Shown here: in pieces, positions 28,283 to 39,031 of the stretch
Numbering within the stretch: position 1 is the first letter of the stretch
Layout of the letters: each line of letters begins with the position of its first letter
Source: Microcoleus sp.
GTDB lineage: Bacteria; Cyanobacteriota; Cyanobacteriia; Cyanobacteriales; Microcoleaceae
Direction of reading: 5' to 3'
Length of the DNA: 64,000 nucleotides
NCBI GenBank assembly: GCA_052279835.1
Contig: CP181291.1
Coordinates: forward strand, 3,296,001-3,360,000
Program-made: the position numbers and the translations under genes
The notes under the pieces: model-generated
Seen by the model: the letters and a program-made list of their open reading frames with translations, nothing else
What the model was told of the DNA's origin: nothing
Databases searched by the model: none

Positions 28283-31147
28283 ATGAGCGATCGTGAAAAA
28301 ACTAAAGAACAACTTATGGATGAATTAGAAGCATTGCGAGCGGAATTAGCGACTCTCACAAGCTTGAGATCGCCTCGTGAACAGCATAAACTCATAGAGG
28401 ATGATGCCGCTTGCGATCGGCAAATCAGTTTACCTGAGTTACTGAATGCCCTCCAAAAGCTAATCCACGAACAAACATCCTACCTGAACAATATTAACGC
28501 TCACCTCCATGAAGAAATCGCAGAGCGTAAACTTCTCGAAAAAAAACTAGCCTACTCGGAAAATAAAATTAGGTCTATATTGGAAGCCATGACTGACGTA
28601 ATCCTGATCGTAAATCTCCAAGGTGAGGATCTAAACAGTATTGACATTGCTCCCATGAATAATTTAGCCCTTGATGCTCTCCGTAGTGAGATAGTCAATC
28701 AGACGATTAATCGCTTTTTTCAAGAGCCATTGAATAGCGATTGGCTGCAACGAGTGCGGCAAGTAGCCACCTCTCGAAAAACAGCTCAACTAGACTACTC
28801 TCTGTCGGTAGGAAGTCAATTCTTATGGTTTTCAGCAATGATTTCTCCCATCAATGAGACAGCAGTAACCTGGGTGGCAAGAGATATTAGCGAGCGTAAA
28901 CTAGCAGAAGCAAAACTCCAACAACTGAATACAGAACTAGAACAAAGAATTTTAGAACGCACCATCGCTTTACGACAGAGCGAAGCCCATTTACAAGAAG
29001 CACAAAAATTTGCCAAATTAGGGAGTTGGGAATTTGATGTATTTACAAACCAAGTTATTTGGTCTCCTGAAATATATCAAATCTATGGACTCGATACCCA
29101 GGATGCAGAATTCACTCCTGAACAAGTCTGGCACAAATTTTCTCCAGAGGATCGAGAACGTCTTAAGAATCATCTAAAAAATGCTATTCAGTGCCGACAA
29201 TCCTATGCAACTGACTTAAAATTTATGCGGGCAGATGGTTCTTGTGGTTATATTTTTGCAAAAGGAGAACCTATTTGTAATGAGAGGGGAGAAGTTGTAA
29301 GAATTGTTGGCATTATGATAGACATCACCGAACGCAAACAATCAGAAATTATGCTGATCAATGCGGAAAAACGTTGGAAATTTGTTTTTGATAACGTGCA
29401 ATTAGTGGTGGTGGAATTTGACATTAATGGTGTGATTAAGTATATCAATCCTTTTTTTTTAAATCTAACAGATTATACCGAAGCAGAAGTTTTAGGTCGG
29501 CCATGGCTGGAAACCTTTGTGCCTCGTGCTGATTGGCAACAATTTGAAAATGTGTTTTCAGAAAAATTAGGTTCTCAGAATCATTATTATTATGAAAATA
29601 GAATTTTAACAAAATCAGGAATAGAAAGATTTATTGTTTGGAATAATACAGTTTTGAAAAATTCCGCCGGAAACACGATCGGTATCTTCAGTATTGGTGA
29701 AGATATTACCGATCGCAAAGCAACGGAAACTGCTTTGCAAGAGTCAAAACAACAATATCAAACTCTCGTAGAAAATTCTCCCAATATTATAGAACGCTTC
29801 GATACGGCATTACGACATCTTTATGTCAGCCCGTCCTTGACAAAAATCACTGGGATTTCAGCGGAGGTATTTTTGGGGAAAACTTGTCGTGAATTGGCAT
29901 TATCAGAAGCGATGATTAATACTTGGGAAACTGCGGCGGAGACTCTGTTGACAACAGGGAAAAAACAGACTATTGAGTTTGAGAGATTAACACTACATGG
30001 CCTCCGTTTTTTCGAGATGGAAATGGCTCCTGAACTGACAAATCAAGGTATAATTGAGTCAATTCTCTGCCTTTCGAGGGATGTCACCGATCGCAAACTT
30101 GCAGAAGAAACTCTTCAAAGAGTTAATCAAGAATTGCAAGAACGAGTTGCCGAACTCAAGCAAAGAAATGCTGAGATGTTTCTGCTCAATGGGATTAGCG
30201 ATTACTTACAATCTTGTTTAACAGTGGCGGAAGCTTGCGCTACAATCGGCACCCTATCCCAACCCTTATTTCCTGAAAGTGGTGGGGCTATTTTTATGAT
30301 GACCAACTCGCGGGATCTGTTAGAAATGGTAACATCCTGGGGGAATCCGCTGTATTCTGAAACCATATTTGTTCCCAAGGATTGTTGGGCTCTGCGACGG
30401 GGGAGACTGCATTGGATTGGTGACGAGCGACACGATCTTTTCTGCAACCATATTGACCACGAAAATCCCCCTGTAGAGTCTCTTTGTATGCCGATGATAG
30501 CTCAAGGGGAGACCATAGGGTTACTGTATTTGTGTGCTTCAAAACCACATCAAATGACTGAAAATAGGCAACTATTAGCACGGAGAGTAGCAGAACAGTT
30601 GGGATTGGCGATCGCCAATATTACCCTTAGAGAAAAATTAGTCAATCAAAGCATCCGCGATGCTCTAACAGGCTTGTTCAATCGCCGCTATCTGGAAGAA
30701 TTTCTAACTAAAGAAATCGCTAGAGCAGACCGCAATCAATATAGTGTGGGTATGATCATGCTCGATCTCGATCGCTTCAGGGAATTTAATAACACCTTGG
30801 GTCATGATGCAGGAGATTTAGTGTTGAAAGAAATCGGTAAACTGCTAAATAATATGATTAGAGCTTCCGATGTTGCTTGTCGCTATGGTGGTGAAGAAAT
30901 GACCATAATTTTGCCAGAAGCTTCTCTGGAAGGGACTTATCAAAAAGCCGAAGAAATCAGAAAGGCGATCGAAAAATTACAACTCAATTATCAAGGAAAA
31001 AAGATGACATCTATAACCGCTTCGTTGGGAGTAGCCTCCTACCCCGATCGAGGTAAGACTGGTTTTGCGGTGATTCAGGCTGCGGATGCTGCGCTGTATC
31101 GAGCCAAGGCTGCTGGACGCAATCAGGTGATTGTTGCCGATCGATAA
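28283..31147 (+). CDS. Multi-PAS/GAF diguanylate cyclase
   Basis: Several PAS/PAC units (DITERK), GAF, RDALTGLFNRRY, RASD I-site, GGEEM motif. Confidence 0.92.
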   Translation: MSDREKTKEQLMDELEALRAELATLTSLRSPREQHKLIEDDAACDRQISLPELLNALQKLIHEQTSYLNNINAHLHEEIAERKLLEKKLAYSENKIRSILEAMTDVILIVNLQGEDLNSIDIAPMNNLALDALRSEIVNQTINRFFQEPLNSDWLQRVRQVATSRKTAQLDYSLSVGSQFLWFSAMISPINETAVTWVARDISERKLAEAKLQQLNTELEQRILERTIALRQSEAHLQEAQKFAKLGSWEFDVFTNQVIWSPEIYQIYGLDTQDAEFTPEQVWHKFSPEDRERLKNHLKNAIQCRQSYATDLKFMRADGSCGYIFAKGEPICNERGEVVRIVGIMIDITERKQSEIMLINAEKRWKFVFDNVQLVVVEFDINGVIKYINPFFLNLTDYTEAEVLGRPWLETFVPRADWQQFENVFSEKLGSQNHYYYENRILTKSGIERFIVWNNTVLKNSAGNTIGIFSIGEDITDRKATETALQESKQQYQTLVENSPNIIERFDTALRHLYVSPSLTKITGISAEVFLGKTCRELALSEAMINTWETAAETLLTTGKKQTIEFERLTLHGLRFFEMEMAPELTNQGIIESILCLSRDVTDRKLAEETLQRVNQELQERVAELKQRNAEMFLLNGISDYLQSCLTVAEACATIGTLSQPLFPESGGAIFMMTNSRDLLEMVTSWGNPLYSETIFVPKDCWALRRGRLHWIGDERHDLFCNHIDHENPPVESLCMPMIAQGETIGLLYLCASKPHQMTENRQLLARRVAEQLGLAIANITLREKLVNQSIRDALTGLFNRRYLEEFLTKEIARADRNQYSVGMIMLDLDRFREFNNTLGHDAGDLVLKEIGKLLNNMIRASDVACRYGGEEMTIILPEASLEGTYQKAEEIRKAIEKLQLNYQGKKMTSITASLGVASYPDRGKTGFAVIQAADAALYRAKAAGRNQVIVADR

Positions 31148-31228
31148 GCCTGGAAGATAAATCTAACATACTCCTGACTCAAAATAATCTACCAAAGTCA
31201 CCTAGCAAATAGACAAACTGATACAATC

Positions 31229-31669
31229 GTGATGAGTAAATTAATTAAGGAGATGCTAGATATGGAAAAAACAAATACTATTTCTGATGTTCATGGGACA
31301 AAAGCTGTCATTTTATTGGCAGAGGATAATGAAGCAAATATTGAAACTTTTTGTTCGTATCTGAGTGCTTTTGGCTATGAAATTATTATCGCCAATAATG
31401 GTAAGGAAGCGATCGAAATTGCTACCACAGCCACTCTTGACTTAATTCTCATGGATATTCAAATGCCAATTATGGATGGTTTTGAAGCTATCTTAACCTT
31501 GCGTAAAGAACCAAAATTAGATAGAGTTCCTATTGTGGCACTCACAGCCCTAGCACTGGTAGGCGATCGCGAGAGATGTTTGGCTGCTGGTGCTAATGAA
31601 TATTTGTCTAAACCAGTTAAAATGAAATTATTAGTAACTACTATCCGAGAATTGTTAGGAGAAATTTAA
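31229..31669 (+). CDS. Single-domain response regulator (start may be ATG 31262)
   Basis: ILLAEDN, DLILMDIQMPIMDG, YLSKP receiver motifs. Confidence 0.9.
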   Translation: MMSKLIKEMLDMEKTNTISDVHGTKAVILLAEDNEANIETFCSYLSAFGYEIIIANNGKEAIEIATTATLDLILMDIQMPIMDGFEAILTLRKEPKLDRVPIVALTALALVGDRERCLAAGANEYLSKPVKMKLLVTTIRELLGEI

Positions 31670-31805
31670 ACGGGGATTGGCTAGTGTTGTCAGCTAATTT
31701 TTGTGGGTTTGCTTTCCTGGGCGAAAACATTAGGTATGTTCAGGGATTTTCAAAGCTGGTTGTCGATCGAGCGATAAATTTTTCCCAGTAGGAGTCAAAT
31801 AAATC

Positions 31806-32648
31806 ATGGTAAGTGAAAAATCTCGGATTCCTGTAGCTTTGACGATCGCAGGTTCTGATAGTGGCGGTGGGGCTGGGATTCAGGCGGATTTGCGGACTTT
31901 TGCCTTTCATTGCGTGCACGGGACGAGTGCTTTGACTTGCGTTACTGCTCAAAATACGTTGGGGGTGACGCGGGTGGATGCTTTGTCTGCTGAGGCTGTC
32001 ATCGCTCAAATTCAGGCGGTGGTTGGGGATATTGGGGTGGATGCTGTGAAGACTGGAATGCTGTTAAACCGCGAAATTATGGCGGCGGTAGCTTCCGAGG
32101 TGGAGAGTTTTCAGATCCAGAATTTGGTTGTCGATCCGGTAATGGTATCCCGATCGGGCGATCGATTGATTGACGATGAGGCGATCGCCTATTTGCAAAA
32201 TATTTTGATTCCCATGGCTGCTGTGGTGACTCCCAATCGGTTTGAGGCGAATATTTTGAGCAACTTAGAGATTAATTCTGTGGATGATATGCGATCGGCG
32301 GCCCAGAAAATTCATAGTTTAGGGGCGAAGGCGGTGTTGGTGAAAGGTGGGGGGATGAAAGGGGAGTTACGGGGAGTTGATGTTTGGTTTGATGGTAGGG
32401 GCTCCGAGGTTTTAAAGGCCGAGACTGTTGATACTCAGAATACTCACGGGACAGGATGTACTTTAAGTGCTGCGATCGCCGCCAATCTAGCATTAGGCAA
32501 AGATTTATTCACAGCAGTTACCTTAGCTAAACATTATGTGACCCATGCTCTCCAATATGCTTTAGATATTGGAGAAGGTCAAGGTCCAGTAGGTCATTTT
32601 TTCCCGCTGTTGAAGTCAGAAGTCTCTCCACAGTCTACAATCAGTTAA
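31806..32648 (+). CDS. thiD: Hydroxymethylpyrimidine/phosphomethylpyrimidine kinase
   Basis: LTIAGSDSGGGAGIQADL, VKTGML, NTHGTGCTLSAA. Confidence 0.96.
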   Translation: MVSEKSRIPVALTIAGSDSGGGAGIQADLRTFAFHCVHGTSALTCVTAQNTLGVTRVDALSAEAVIAQIQAVVGDIGVDAVKTGMLLNREIMAAVASEVESFQIQNLVVDPVMVSRSGDRLIDDEAIAYLQNILIPMAAVVTPNRFEANILSNLEINSVDDMRSAAQKIHSLGAKAVLVKGGGMKGELRGVDVWFDGRGSEVLKAETVDTQNTHGTGCTLSAAIAANLALGKDLFTAVTLAKHYVTHALQYALDIGEGQGPVGHFFPLLKSEVSPQSTIS

Positions 32649-33046
32649 TTTCTTAATTTTTCTGGCGATAGGGCGATCGCAATTAAATTTTCTATTTTTT
32701 TAATATTCGGATCGCCAGCTAAATAACCGATCCCACGGTGCAAGTGGAGGCGAAACTGTTTAGCGAGAGTATCTTTTTCTGTTCCTAAGTTGTCATTGTG
32801 ACAGCGCTGCTTCAGAGCAATTATCAAGATATCAGCCATGTCGCCACCAAAAACATCCCAACTTAATTCGACATTGCTGTCGCTAGGAATCGGTACGGGA
32901 GATGGGATGCTCGGCTCGGCTAGCGATCGGCAAAAACCCCACCGACACAGGATGTTCCACTGGTCAATTTTGGTTGCTCGTTTCAGTTTTGATAGTTGGT
33001 CTTTCCCTGTTTGGGAGAGGCGGATGCGATCAACTGGTGGTTCCAT
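32645..33046 (-). CDS. dndE: DNA phosphorothioation protein DndE
   Basis: RIRLSQTGKDQL..LKR.TKI..WNILCRWGFC.SL...QFRLHLHRGIGYL signature; downstream of dndD. Confidence 0.9.
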   Translation of the reverse strand: MEPPVDRIRLSQTGKDQLSKLKRATKIDQWNILCRWGFCRSLAEPSIPSPVPIPSDSNVELSWDVFGGDMADILIIALKQRCHNDNLGTEKDTLAKQFRLHLHRGIGYLAGDPNIKKIENLIAIALSPEKLRN

Positions 33047-33151
33047 AGGTTGATGATTTTTTGATCTGTTGTATGATTGTTAATATTGACCAGGCACAGC
33101 CTCTAGATAGGCTTTTCAAAAGGGTGCATCTCAATGAGTGCAAATATCTTC

Positions 33152-33243
33152 GTAGGGGCGAAGCATGACCGCTGTAAATCTCTGGTTATCACTAATAAAT
33201 TGTCTGCGGTCATGCTTCGCCTATGCAAAGTCGGGATGCTCCC
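33152..33243. repeat. GTAG-type REP palindrome
   Basis: GTAGGGGCGAAGCATGACCGC...GCGGTCATGCTTCGCC inverted repeat. Confidence 0.8.
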
Positions 33244-33427
33244 TTTCAAAACTGAGGTTGTCAACCCAAATTCACGAACAAAATTTACCACAAAATTTAC
33301 ATTTTTTTACACGGCGCTAGGTTGATATATACGGGGTTTTCTGCTATTGTGGTTATATAAGGATTTATCCTAAATAATGGGATGCTGGCAAAAATAAAAT
33401 TTTCGCAACCATCCCATTATCCTATAT

Positions 33428-33465
33428 ATAGTACCGCAACCCCAGGGCAAAGTCAAGGGGTTGCG
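33428..33465 (-). promoter_or_regulatory. Putative sigma70 promoter TTGACT-N17-TACTAT overlapped by a palindrome
   Basis: Minus-strand -35 at 33451-33456 and -10 at 33428-33433. CGCAACCCC (33435-43) and GGGGTTGCG (33457-65) bracket the -35. Confidence 0.5.
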
Positions 33466-33486
33466 TCTATTTTTTAGGGCGAATTT

Positions 33487-35484
33487 TTATGTCCAAAAGT
33501 AACCAGTTTGGACGGTGGTTTGGCGTTTGGCGGAATCATATTTGAGGATGTAGCTGTGGGCGATCGCCTCTAATTCTTGCAGCTTATCATATTCTGTTTT
33601 GCCAATTTCTGTATCTGTTGATAGTAGGATGACTTGGTGGCTGGCTGAGGGGAAATAGCGTTCGACTAGGTTGTTTCGATGGGAGGAGTCGAGGCGGCCT
33701 AGGGGAGTGTCGATGGCGACTGGTAATTGTCTCCCGGATACCCTGGCTAATCCCCACAAAAAGGCGATCGCCAGCAGTTGTTTTTCTCCTGCTGACAGTC
33801 GGTGTTTGGGTACTTGTTTCCCTTCGGTATCGTAGATAGAAAGGCTAAAGGTTTGGGTATCTATGGCTACTCTATGTACCAAGTCTGTTTTGTGCAGCAG
33901 GTAACGGAAACATTCGGTGATTTCTACTTCGAGTTTATTGAGCTTTTTGAGGGTGAGTTTTTCTTTGAATTGTTTAAGAGTGGCTTGGGCTTTGGCGATG
34001 GATGCGATGATGTGTTGGCTGTTTCTGATGGTGATGTATTCGCTGCTGTAGTTTTCTAATTCTTTTTTGGCTTGGGTTAATTCCCTGTCTAATTCTTCGA
34101 TGTAGCGGTTAACCGATTCCAAGTCGGCGGCTGCATTAGCCACTGCTTGTTGCGTGTTTTTTACCTCTATTTCTAGTTGTTTGTAGGCTTCGGGAGAAGC
34201 GGCGGTGGCTAATTTTCTGTCTGTAAAGTCGATTTCTGCTTCGATATTTTGGATTTTTTCTATTGTTTCAGTGGCTGTGGTTTGCTGGAATTGGATTTGG
34301 TAGTTGAGGATATTTTCTAGTTGTTGGATGTTGTCATCATCCGCAGCTAACCAGGGCGGGGTATCGGAGCCAATTTGCTGTTCTAGTTGTCTATTTTCTT
34401 GGTGGATGAAGTCTTGTATTTTGTCTAGTTGTTCGGGGTTCAATGAAATTTCGGCGATGTAGTTGAGGAGGCGATCGCTTTTTTCTTTGATAATATTTTG
34501 GGCAATTTTGGCTCGCTGCTGGCTGGCTTCTGTTTCTGCTTGGGTTTTGGCTTGGCTGAGTAGGGGCGAAATTAGGGCTAAGGGGAGGGCATTTGATGCT
34601 AGTTCAATCATCGCTTCACGGGATTTTTCAGCAGCAGCTCTGTAGTCGTTTAGTTGTCTGTCTAGTTGGCTGCGATCGGCTGCGATTTTCCCACCTTCGT
34701 AAATAAACTTATCTGATGCTTGTTGCTGATTTTTTTGAGCTTGCTCTAACTTGTTTTTTAAGTTAGCTGCATCTTGCTCGGCATCGGTCTTTTTATCAGT
34801 AATTTTATTTAATTTTTCTTCAATTTGTTCTAAAGCTGCCAAGTCTTTTTTGCCGGATATTTCTTTACGCTTGCGGCTGGCTAATATTTCTAAGTCAACG
34901 GCGAGGCGTTCGGCTAATTCTAAACCTAAAAGAGATTTAATTGCGCCCACTACAAATTCTGGTGGAGTTTCGAGTTCCGCTAGTTCTTTTACTTGTTCGC
35001 CATCAAAAAGAAACAGGTTAGATATGCCGACTGGTAGCATGGTTTCGATGTATTCATCCCAGGTGTTGCTCAGGGCTTTGTCTGCCCACCAATCGGTAAC
35101 AAATTCGCTATATATGAGAATACTTAGGTTGTCTTTTGTATCGGTTTTTTTCCAGTATCTAACTATTTTAAATTTGGTTAATTTGTCATCTTGAATTTGT
35201 TCAAATATTAATTCAACCCTGGTATCGTCTAAGGGTGGAGTGTGGCGATTGACTGATTGATTGAGGAAGTCGCTGTAGCTTAAATTGCCTCTGGTGGAAC
35301 ATTGAGCTCTGCCGCCGTAGAGGGCGAGGCGAATTGCATCCATGAGGGTAGTTTTGCCACCGCCATTCATGCCCCCAAATAGGACTATGGGGCATGGATT
35401 GCCGTCTTTTTCGGGGCGGAGATTGATGGTTTGAGTGCCTGCATAGGGACCGAAGTTTTTGAGGACGAGTTCGAGGAATTGCAT
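33487..35484 (-). CDS. dndD: DNA phosphorothioation ATPase DndD (SMC-like)
   Basis: MQFLELVLKNFGPY, Walker A GGMNGGGKTT, coiled coil, LSAGEKQ, IDTPLGRLDSSHR, HQVILLSTDTEI. Confidence 0.93.
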   Translation of the reverse strand: MQFLELVLKNFGPYAGTQTINLRPEKDGNPCPIVLFGGMNGGGKTTLMDAIRLALYGGRAQCSTRGNLSYSDFLNQSVNRHTPPLDDTRVELIFEQIQDDKLTKFKIVRYWKKTDTKDNLSILIYSEFVTDWWADKALSNTWDEYIETMLPVGISNLFLFDGEQVKELAELETPPEFVVGAIKSLLGLELAERLAVDLEILASRKRKEISGKKDLAALEQIEEKLNKITDKKTDAEQDAANLKNKLEQAQKNQQQASDKFIYEGGKIAADRSQLDRQLNDYRAAAEKSREAMIELASNALPLALISPLLSQAKTQAETEASQQRAKIAQNIIKEKSDRLLNYIAEISLNPEQLDKIQDFIHQENRQLEQQIGSDTPPWLAADDDNIQQLENILNYQIQFQQTTATETIEKIQNIEAEIDFTDRKLATAASPEAYKQLEIEVKNTQQAVANAAADLESVNRYIEELDRELTQAKKELENYSSEYITIRNSQHIIASIAKAQATLKQFKEKLTLKKLNKLEVEITECFRYLLHKTDLVHRVAIDTQTFSLSIYDTEGKQVPKHRLSAGEKQLLAIAFLWGLARVSGRQLPVAIDTPLGRLDSSHRNNLVERYFPSASHQVILLSTDTEIGKTEYDKLQELEAIAHSYILKYDSAKRQTTVQTGYFWT

Positions 35485-35640
35485 TGTAGATGTTGTTGAG
35501 ATGGGTGGAGAATTGCTAAGTGCGATCGGCAGTCTCAAATGACGCAAGTCCTAATGATATCATTTTGTATAGGGGCAATCGCCGCTTAACGATCGCTCAG
35601 ATGGCTAATACCAGTTTTTTATGAAGCTGCATAGAATTCG

Positions 35641-35720
35641 ATCCCCCCTAGCCCCCCTTAATAAGGGGGGAACAAGATTGGGATGGAAGTCCCCCTCGCA
35701 CGGGGGATGCGAGGGAGATT
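35641..35720. repeat. CCCCCTT-N-AAGGGGG type REP palindrome
   Basis: ATCCCCCCTAGCCCCCCTTAATAAGGGGGG. Related copies occur inside the CHAT gene (about 10850, 11130, 11961). Confidence 0.7.
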
Positions 35721-35737
35721 GAGATATATATCCAACA

Positions 35738-36670
35738 TCATATTAAATTGGTATAAGGGGTCAAAAGGCGATCGCCAAAATCTGCAATTAAATTACGATG
35801 GACTAATTGCGATCGCCATTTTTCCGGGAGGCCACCTTCACTATAAAAAGCCCCAGCCAACTGTCCGTAAACCGCACCAGTCGTATCAGCATCATCACCC
35901 AAATTCACAGCTAACAAGCACCCTTGAGCAAAAGAATCACTGTTGTAAAACGCCCAAAGCGCCGCCTCCAAAGACTTGACAACATAACCCGTACCTTTAA
36001 TTTCAGGAGGTTGTCGTCGCTTAAAAGAACCCGCCGCAATTTCATCAATCTCGGCCACTAGCGGGTGAGCTTCCCAATATCCAGAAATCGGACAGTATCT
36101 TTCTGAAAGCAACACATCTTTAGCAACACCATTCACCGCCGCGGCAATTAAATTACCAAAATAGCGACAAGCATCCACACAAGTAGTAGCACTGTGAGTA
36201 GTTCGAGAGCTGGCTGCTGATTTTTCTATGACTTCCAAAGGATTTTTAGCATAAAACAAAGGCACGGGAGCCAAACGCATAATCGAACCATTTCCAGCAG
36301 TATGAGCATCGGTAGAACCGCATTCAGGTTTTCTTGTAGCTTTAAAATTCAGAAGTGCTTGTCGCACCGTATTACCGATATCAAAACATTTACCATTGCT
36401 GCTCAAATGTCCATATCCCCACCACCGCAAATAAGTTTCTAATTGATGGATTGGATCGAAACCTTGTTTTTCAATCAAACTTTCAGCCAAACAAAGTGCC
36501 ATGGAAGTATCATCAGTCCACTCTCCCGGTTGTAGTCGAAAGGGGCCACCACCAATCATGTCATTAATAGGTGTAAAAGTTCCTGGGCGAGTGAACTCTA
36601 AAGTTGTTCCTAGAGCATCACCAATCGCTAAACCGAGAAGACTACCACGATAACGTTCTATTTGCTGCAT
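35738..36670 (-). CDS. ADP-ribosylglycohydrolase (DraG/ARH family)
   Basis: [34 protein letters not shown]. Start MQQIERY; the longer ORF-track N-terminus is STRR repeat. Confidence 0.93.
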   Translation of the reverse strand: MQQIERYRGSLLGLAIGDALGTTLEFTRPGTFTPINDMIGGGPFRLQPGEWTDDTSMALCLAESLIEKQGFDPIHQLETYLRWWGYGHLSSNGKCFDIGNTVRQALLNFKATRKPECGSTDAHTAGNGSIMRLAPVPLFYAKNPLEVIEKSAASSRTTHSATTCVDACRYFGNLIAAAVNGVAKDVLLSERYCPISGYWEAHPLVAEIDEIAAGSFKRRQPPEIKGTGYVVKSLEAALWAFYNSDSFAQGCLLAVNLGDDADTTGAVYGQLAGAFYSEGGLPEKWRSQLVHRNLIADFGDRLLTPYTNLI

Positions 36671-36817
36671 AGATTTAATTGGGAATTGGGAATGGGGAAT
36701 GGGGAATTGGGAATTGGGCGAAGCTCTGGGATTAGGCATGGGGCGGAGTGATTAGCCATTGGCAACAAATAACCAATAACCAATAACCAATAACCAATAA
36801 CCACTAACTAATGACTA

Positions 36818-37678
36818 ATGACCGATCGAGCTAAGATTGATCGTAACTTGTCCCTACCCGAACTCAGACCCGTTCCCATGATACCCGATGCCTTTCCCGG
36901 AGCCACTTCCGCCCCCGACTCTCAAGGGACACCTGAAGTCAGCCTCGATATGCAAGTCCGTCTGAAAACTGAAGATGGACAGCTACTGCTGCTGTTACCC
37001 TCAGAAACTAACACCAGTGAAACACCCACCGTCTCCGCCTCTAGTTGGACTGAAATTTGGCAACAGTTAAAGGTGAGGCTGAATGCAGGAGAACGCTTTT
37101 GGCAGGCGAATGCCGAAGTACAATTGATGGCGAGCGATCGACTTTTGGATATTCGCCAACTGCAAGAAATCGCCGAAGCCCTATCGGAAGTCGAACTTCA
37201 ACTCAAACGAGTCCACACTAGCCGCCGTCAAACTGCGGTTGCCGCCGCCACTGTCGGGTATTGTGTAGAACAGCAGCCTCCTGTTTCATCCCTGAGTAAA
37301 GCCCCCACGGACAAACCGCAATCCCTGGCGGAACCTTTATATTTGCAGATGACGGTGCGATCGGGCGTAGAAATTCGCCATCCGGGTACCGTCGTACTTT
37401 TGGGAGATGTGAATCCAGGTGGTTCAGTCATCGCTGGGGGCGATATCCTAGTTTGGGGGCGTTTGCGGGGGATTGTTCATGCTGGTGCTGGCGGCAATAC
37501 CAAAAGTGTGATTATGACCTTGCAGATGGAACCGATGGTGATTAGGATTGCTAAGTATGTTGCCAGAGGTCCAGAAGCTTCGCCGGCTCAGTTTTTCCCG
37601 GAAGTCGCCTATGTGACAGATAAAGGGATTAGGATTGGCAGAGCTTCTGATTTTGACAAATCTCTTTTAATTGGTTAG
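36818..37678 (+). CDS. minC: Septum site-determining protein MinC
   Basis: TVRSG...GDVNPGG.VIA.GDILVWGRLRG.VHAGA beta-helix; first gene of minCDE. Confidence 0.95.
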   Translation: MTDRAKIDRNLSLPELRPVPMIPDAFPGATSAPDSQGTPEVSLDMQVRLKTEDGQLLLLLPSETNTSETPTVSASSWTEIWQQLKVRLNAGERFWQANAEVQLMASDRLLDIRQLQEIAEALSEVELQLKRVHTSRRQTAVAAATVGYCVEQQPPVSSLSKAPTDKPQSLAEPLYLQMTVRSGVEIRHPGTVVLLGDVNPGGSVIAGGDILVWGRLRGIVHAGAGGNTKSVIMTLQMEPMVIRIAKYVARGPEASPAQFFPEVAYVTDKGIRIGRASDFDKSLLIG

Positions 37679-37786
37679 TTGTTATTGGTTAGTTGTTATT
37701 GGTTATTTGTTACCAATGTGCCATGCTCCATGCCCCATGCCCCATACCTAACGCCCAGTCTATAAATCTCAAATCTAAAATCGCTT

Positions 37787-38593
37787 ATGGCTCGCATTAT
37801 TGTTGTTACATCAGGGAAAGGCGGAGTTGGTAAAACCACCTCCACTGCTAATCTTGGTATGGCTTTAGCTAAGCGGGGGCGCAGCGTTGCGGTGATTGAT
37901 GCCGATTTTGGCCTCAGAAACTTAGACTTGCTGCTGGGCTTAGAAAATCGCATTGTTTATACTGCACTGGAAGTGCTGGCTGGAGAGTGTCGCTTAGAGC
38001 AAGCTTTGGTGAAAGATAAGCGTCAGCCACGTTTGGTATTGTTGCCGGCGGCCCAAACTCGCATGAAAGATGCCATTAGTGCCGAGCAAATGAAGCAGCT
38101 TGTGGGGATGTTGGGGACAAAATATGATTATATTTTAATTGATTCTCCTGCGGGCATTGAACAGGGTTTTCAAAATGCGATCGCCCCGGCTCAAGAAGGT
38201 GTGATTGTGACTACTCCAGAAATCGCTGCTGTCAGAGATGCCGATCGAGTTATCGGTTTGCTGGAAGCTAATAATGTCAAGAAAATCAACCTGATCGTCA
38301 ACCGGATCAGACCGGCAATGGTACTCGCCAATGATATGATGTCGGTGCAAGACGTGCGGGAAATCCTCGCCATTCCGCTGCTGGGCGTAGTCCCTGACGA
38401 TGAGCGCGTCATTGTTTCCACCAACCGAGGAGAACCATTAGTTTTGTCTGAAACAGCTTCTTTGGCTGGAACCGCTTTCGACAATATTGCTCGTCGCTTG
38501 GAAGGGGAAAAAGTCGATTTTCTCGATCTCAATCCTCGTCCCGAAACCTTTTTTAGTCGCCTCCGCAAATTCTTCAATACTAAAATTATTTAA
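37787..38593 (+). CDS. minD: Septum site-determining ATPase MinD
   Basis: SGKGGVGKTT, DADFGLRNLD, DSPAGIEQGF, C-terminal membrane-targeting FFSRLRKFF. Confidence 0.98.
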   Translation: MARIIVVTSGKGGVGKTTSTANLGMALAKRGRSVAVIDADFGLRNLDLLLGLENRIVYTALEVLAGECRLEQALVKDKRQPRLVLLPAAQTRMKDAISAEQMKQLVGMLGTKYDYILIDSPAGIEQGFQNAIAPAQEGVIVTTPEIAAVRDADRVIGLLEANNVKKINLIVNRIRPAMVLANDMMSVQDVREILAIPLLGVVPDDERVIVSTNRGEPLVLSETASLAGTAFDNIARRLEGEKVDFLDLNPRPETFFSRLRKFFNTKII

Positions 38594-38710
38594 TCTGCGG
38601 CCCTAGGGGCGATCGACTTTCATCCATAGGGACTGAATCTAACACCATCGTCTAGATGTTCCCAAAGTTCACTTTTTCTAGGCATCACCCTTGACAAATG
38701 AGTACCAATC

Positions 38711-39031
38711 ATGATATATACACTCCTCGAACGACTTTTCCCGCGCACGTCTGATAACAGCCGCGATGAGGTCAAACGCCGCCTGAAACTGGTTCTAGCC
38801 CACGATCGCTCAGAACTCAGTCCAGAAATGGTTGAGGCGATGCGCCGAGAAATTCTAGAGGTGGTGTCGCGTTATGTGGAAATTGATACTAGCGAGTCAG
38901 AGTTTTCCCTAGCCAGCGATCAGCGGGCCACATCCTTGATTGCGAATCTGCCGATCCGGCGAGTCAGGCTGGATACAGTACCGGAAGAGGTACCCGAAGA
39001 GGTACCCGAAGAAGTACCAGATGAGGATTAA
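38711..39031 (+). CDS. minE: Cell division topological specificity factor MinE
   Basis: [33 protein letters not shown], and an acidic VPEE-repeat tail. Confidence 0.96.
   Translation: MIYTLLERLFPRTSDNSRDEVKRRLKLVLAHDRSELSPEMVEAMRREILEVVSRYVEIDTSESEFSLASDQRATSLIANLPIRRVRLDTVPEEVPEEVPEEVPDED

Noticed and set aside
38978..39025. 12-bp repeat encoding the VPEE tail of MinE
   Set aside because: Low-complexity tail expansion with no sign of separate function.
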